From the NCBI GenBank assembly GCA_965203295.1, contig CBDBCZ010000011.1:96001-160000 (forward strand): 64,000 nucleotides of DNA, in the 5' to 3' direction. The DNA comes from Nitrospirales bacterium. GTDB taxonomy: Bacteria > Nitrospirota > Nitrospiria > Nitrospirales > UBA8639. Shown piece after piece: positions 58,750 to 64,000 of the stretch (position 1 is its first letter; the number at the start of each line of letters is the position of its first letter). Position numbers and translations under genes: made by a program. Below the pieces are notes generated by a model. The model was not told the DNA's origin. It did no database searches and saw nothing but the letters and a program-made list of their open reading frames with translations.

Positions 58750-61700
58750 ATGGCAGAGTCTCCTCCCTCATTCCAGCAGGACACTGATCCTACTGAGTGT
58801 GATGAAGTAAAGAGAAAGCTATGTAAACCATGTTCTGTTGGACACTCTCAAATGGTTCCAGCAGCCCTTCAGTTTCAAGTTGACACATCTGAACTAACTT
58901 TAGTAGAAAAAGTTGAGATGGTTAAAAAAATGAATTTTGAGGCTGCCGATATCTTCATATTGATGCACAGGATTAAAGAAGGTGAGAAATTAGTGATTGT
59001 AAAGGCAACTAATCAAAGTACATACTTGTAGTCAAAGTACAAAAGGTTCTTTAATTGTTTACATGATTTCAGTTGCAGAACGTCTGTTTTTTAGTCGTCA
59101 GCTTTTATACTACTCCTGGCCATGTCACTCCATTTACTGACACATTTTCTGACCCTGTTCGGTTTATTCTTACAAGCTAGTACATATCTCGCACATATGC
59201 AAGAAGTGGATACCAGACCTTTTCTTTTAGGGTGGGAGGGGCCTGGGTATGTGGCTATTGTGCAAGGGACTTTATTTGCAAGCTAATTTTATTTGCACTA
59301 AATGGAATAGAATTTCTTTCTGGTAGATTAGAGCATGCATTGTAGTGGTTTAGTGAATCTATGGAGTTATGTATGGCAGCTTTGAAAGAAGCCAGTTTTT
59401 TTCCAATTTCTTGTGTTAAATTGGATTTTGCTAATAATAAAGACTGCAGTGAGTTTGGCCTGACCTGAAAACAGAAAGTAAACTGAAAGTGAATACCAAA
59501 CCCCTAATCACTTATAGACATCTCACTCATTGTCTGCTGCCTAATTACTGAGTCAGCACTTAGTTGTGCAAAACACACTATACTAAGCTACATGTCACAG
59601 TGGTACATTTGCAAGGTCGACAACTATGTTACATGTGTATGAACCATGATTGATGCTGCTAATATTTAAAAAGGTATGCATGTAAACTCAAAACACACTT
59701 TACCTATTTTTGCACATTAGGAAATGATAATGCTGAACCTTGTAAAGATTCTCTGTCAGAGACTGAGTACCCAAGGACCTGTGAAGTGAGTATACTATGC
59801 ATTAGTTCTTAATTAATGTACATTACCATGGCAACCACTTTTTCCCACGCTTATAGCACTCAAAGGAGGCCACATACAGGGATCATTGCTATACCAATGT
59901 ACATTAAATCAGTTAAAGGTCAGTTTGGGTGAGGGGTTACACTCCTCCACTTCCCCTCAGACTTTAAATTCCCCTCACCCAAACTGACCTTTAACCATTA
60001 CATAGATAGTATTAGTGGGTGATGTAAGTGTACTAATAAACCCTGTTGGCATTGTTAGTATGGCTTCCCAGGGTATTGGTTTTGTTTTCATTGGATGGAG
60101 TTTCCCAAAATATGGGTATAACTTCTGTGGCTGCATCAGCCTTGTTGAAAGCTATTACCTATCAAAATTGAAAGCTACTTATTTGAAAGTAACTAGTCAT
60201 CAAATGTTGTGTAAGTGGCAAGAGCTCCCTCCAGAGTGCTCATGAATCACTCCTGAACCAATTTGAGTTCTTTTAAAATGCTATGCTATGAGAATTTTTT
60301 TTACAATGGAAGCCTCAGACAAAGGAATGTGTTTATCCACTATTGGAAAAAAATTTCTACAGTCCCAAAACACGCCAAGCAGTATCCCACAATGCGATCA
60401 TCATTGACCATACACATGAGTGTAAACCAGAGATGTGAAATTATATCTTCCATAATAACAAGTTTGAATTTTTGTACCTGATAAACAGCTGGGAATTTTT
60501 CGAGTGTGAAACACCCATAGTACAAAGCAGTAGCAGGTTGACCAGGCCAAGCTAACTGTAACTGTAGAATCACCTCTGTCTAGACTGATAAGACTGGGAA
60601 CTCCCACCACACAGTGTTATGTTACATGCACTACATATCCTGCTATGACAAGGGCCCCAGTGTAGATCCTTATAGTGATTAGACTGTAGTAACAGCAGCA
60701 GCAGCAGCAGCAGCAGTGTACTAGCCAATGAAATAAGGACTATAATGTAAGATAGAGCACCCACGTGCACGTGCACAAACGTATGCCTAGCAACCCCGGT
60801 GACTTAGTAACGCATAAATATAAAATCCTTCTGCCATTGCCATGCTCACAGTTGTATCAATATTCTGCATGGAGAGCAGTACGCAGTAGCCTTGTGAAAG
60901 TCAGTGGATGGTGCAGAAGAGCTTGCTCAGGGCTGTTAAGGCAAGCTCACGTACGATCGCCCTTAGTTGAGATAACGCACGCCGCTGGTTGCCATAGTTC
61001 TACAGTAAATTGTAACTGTATACCACCAGTTATGATAACACAGACAAATTTTAGTCACAACACGCTTTGTAGTTGCCACAATTAGTGTGGGTGCTAAATG
61101 AGTAATGCAATCATTACCGGATACTCCGCCCAGTTTAGCCACATGGAGGCAAGCAATGGCCGGCTGAAATGACCGACCTGAGGTTTTCAGCTTATGCGGA
61201 AGGTCAAGCCTCTTTAGTCAGAGGCAGAAATGGTCCTATTCGAATCGTCTGGAGCTACTCTTTTCAAATCCGGGTGGAAGTTGGGTACCACAGGTAAGGT
61301 CAGTGACTGACTGATACAGAAGTACCGTAAATAACGTTAAAAATGCTGTTCAACACGCTACTTTCGAGTCTATGCATTGTACTTTACTAGCAGTGCATAG
61401 TTTCCAGCTGGATTCGTTTGAAGCAGACGAAGAGCATTCCAGCAATACCAAAAACGTATAGATTTGGTAGGCTTTAACCTTCCGCATTTGACAAAGACTG
61501 GAAACAGCATGTAGATCTGTATACCGTGTTCATGTAACGCCGTATACGAGCCGTAGGCGTGGCTGATCGTCATAGTAGTTACACGAAATATGGTGCTGAC
61601 AAAGTGATATCCTCCTGAAGGCCAGTTGTTTTGATATCCATAGCTTCTCCAGTAGTTATTATTGTTGCGACTAGCTTGCTCGCACTAATACACAATCATG

Positions 61701-62367
61701 TCTTGTGAACAAGCACGTGTTAGTCCCACCTCATTTGCTGATTCGGGTCGTTTCAAGAAACTTTCTATAATCAGATCCCACCCTGCTTTCTATGACAGTG
61801 ACCACGGTATTGTAGCTACCTTCCTAATTTCTGCAATCTCATATTATTGTGACCCTGGTGGATTTAATTACACAAAATTAACTAACTGCTTTCTATGACA
61901 GTGACCACAATATACTATAGCTACCTTCCTAATTTCTGCAATCTCATATTGTGACCTACACACAATTAACTAACTGCCACCACATGCAATGCCTGTCTAT
62001 GAAGCTGCACAAAGCATATTTCGCGTGCGTATTCCTAGTATATTACTCTGGCTAGAGTCACTCTCAAAAACCCAATCAACTTACAGGAGTTAGGCAAGCG
62101 TTTGTAGCTACTAATAGCCGTGGCAGTATTCTATAAAACGGTCTTTGCCAGATTGATATGCCAAGATATTTCTGTGTGTATTCCCATGTAGGTTATTCTG
62201 AAGTGGTTGCAGCAACTCCTCAGCTCCTTTCCTTCAACGTACATACGACTGGATAGCTGCATTTTAAAAACTCTGGAACACCTCAGAGACAATGACTTTC
62301 TCATCAGCGTGTTTGGCCGGTTCAACTCGGGGAAAAGCACACTCCTCAATGCTGTTCTGGCAAGCAA
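58750..62367 (+). CDS. 5' exons of a third dynamin-like P-loop GTPase paralog (continues beyond the window)
   Basis: Exons 58750-58981 (MAESPPSFQQ...; start inferred), 59721-59785 (ends ...RTCE, like ...STCE of 21454-21509) and 62192-62367 (FLISVFGRFNSGKSTLLNAVLAS). The P-loop exon is 176 bp, phase 0-2, exactly like 21584-21759. Confidence 0.8.
59917..59990. mobile_element. 74-bp miniature TIR element with TTAA TSD (Kolobok-like termini)
   Basis: ttaa|aggtcagtttgggtgagggg ... cccctcacccaaactgacct|ttaa. An internally deleted copy lies at ~58464-58510 within a ~110-bp flank duplicated at 58360/59812. Confidence 0.7.
60693..60716 (+). repeat. (CAG)8 microsatellite (intronic)
   Basis: Directly visible. 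Confidence 0.9.
61782..61976 (+). repeat. ~104-bp tandem duplication
   Basis: ctgctttctatgacagtgaccac...tagctaccttcctaatttctgcaatctcatatt at ~61782 and ~61886. Confidence 0.85.
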
Positions 62368-62397
62368 GTATGTAAGATAGCAATGCACCTGTAATAT

Positions 62398-62898
<501 letters not shown>

Positions 62899-63857
62899 TT
62901 TCCTAGAGGAGTTGTTTGTGTTCTTGTTTTTCGGCTAATGAACATTACAAGCATTCAACAGTTTTTTCTACTGAAGGGAATAGCTGCAAGATTTACTGCT
63001 CAGTAGATCTTGAAGCTATTCCCAAGAACACTCTAAACACCACCATACTTTTCAGAGACATCTCTTTATCACTCAGACAATATTGTGTGAATATATACTA
63101 ATTTTGCATTGCTGAGCTCAGAAACTGCTATGTACTTATGTATACTGAAGCCTCAGCTTTTTACGCTATAGCAGCTGCTATGTTTTCTGCAGAGGTCTCC
63201 TACTGTAGAAGGTGCAGCGTCACGCCAGAGTTGTAGCTGGTCATGCCTAAGCCTCCTGAGTTTGGCTGTTTCTGCAGGCTATGGCTACTCACACACAACC
63301 CAGACATTAATTGTTTGAGATTATGTGGGCTGGGTAAAGTTCACCCCTTTGTTCAGGAGTAAAATATTGCGTAGCTGCATGCTAAAATAGTGAAAATTAA
63401 ACAACTGAATATTTACTGTGGTGTTTTCATTTTCTACTATTTTCCTCACTAAAACTGAAAGTGGGAAATCATTTTATTTTTAACACAAGCATTGTACTTA
63501 TAATTATACCGAAAATGTGGTTGAAATTACTTCTGGCATAGTTATTACAGTGCTCAGATAGTTTGGCTACTGGAGTTGCATCAGACAAGTTTCATACTGT
63601 GATAATAGGGAACAATGTTCTGCTGATTGTAGTACCTTACATGGCTATCATAGTATGATAGATTGTGTCACATGTCGAAGGTCTGTAGCAACAGTTAAGC
63701 AAAAACCATGACTAGTGACAGTACCTGTACTACACAGATTATATAGCGGAAAATACAACTTCGATAAACTACAATACATTTGACCTATATTATACTCAAG
63801 TGGGCAGATAGTCACGCTGTTTATGGTCTGTTTTGGGAACTGCAGTAAGAAAAAGGT

Positions 63858-64000
63858 TAGCCTCGTACCCAGGCCCGCGACTTTTTCGGTTGCACGAAGG
63901 AAAGTCACAGGGCCTGGTAACTAAAGTCACGTGATCAACTTACGTCATAATCCACTTCGAAAGACGGCTGCGTTTCTCTACATTTAACCGGAGACTTTTT
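63858..64000. mobile_element. left end of a TAG-terminated MITE (runs off the window)
   Basis: tagcctcgtacccaggccc...gggcctgg, the reverse complement of the ctgggtacgaggcta end seen at 17080-17094. Confidence 0.55.

Overview
Eukaryotic, AT-rich, spliced and repeat-dense DNA. It is most likely a demosponge (inference from the GGAI/FxxN-repeat multi-pass receptor family and the repeat types), not a prokaryote. The host backbone is a head-to-tail cluster of three intron-rich dynamin-like (P-loop GTPase + long helical stalk) genes on the + strand: the 3' half of one (~0.2-16.2 kb), a nearly complete one with degenerate G3/G4 motifs (~21.4-29.0 kb), and the 5' part of a third (~58.7 kb onward). 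Between the second and third lie a pseudogenised PMP-repeat/Cys-rich/multi-TM gene, an orphan ORF ending in a CaaX box, and a recent ~5-6.6 kb segmental duplication (36153-41248 / 49708-56342). Each duplicate carries a two-exon gene for a small secreted 10-11-Cys peptide that the ORF track does not show as such. The two peptide copies differ only by amino-acid-changing substitutions, and each sits directly behind a ~255-bp tandem array (5 vs 8 units). Mobile elements include an internally deleted DIRS element with intact ITRs/ICR and a 7-bp crossover core, nested in a decayed Gypsy that also abuts a Penelope-like element. There are also young and old copies of one APE-RT LINE, two Helentron-type (DINE/HINE-like) elements, and several MITE classes. 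All exon models are by eye and unverified by transcript data.
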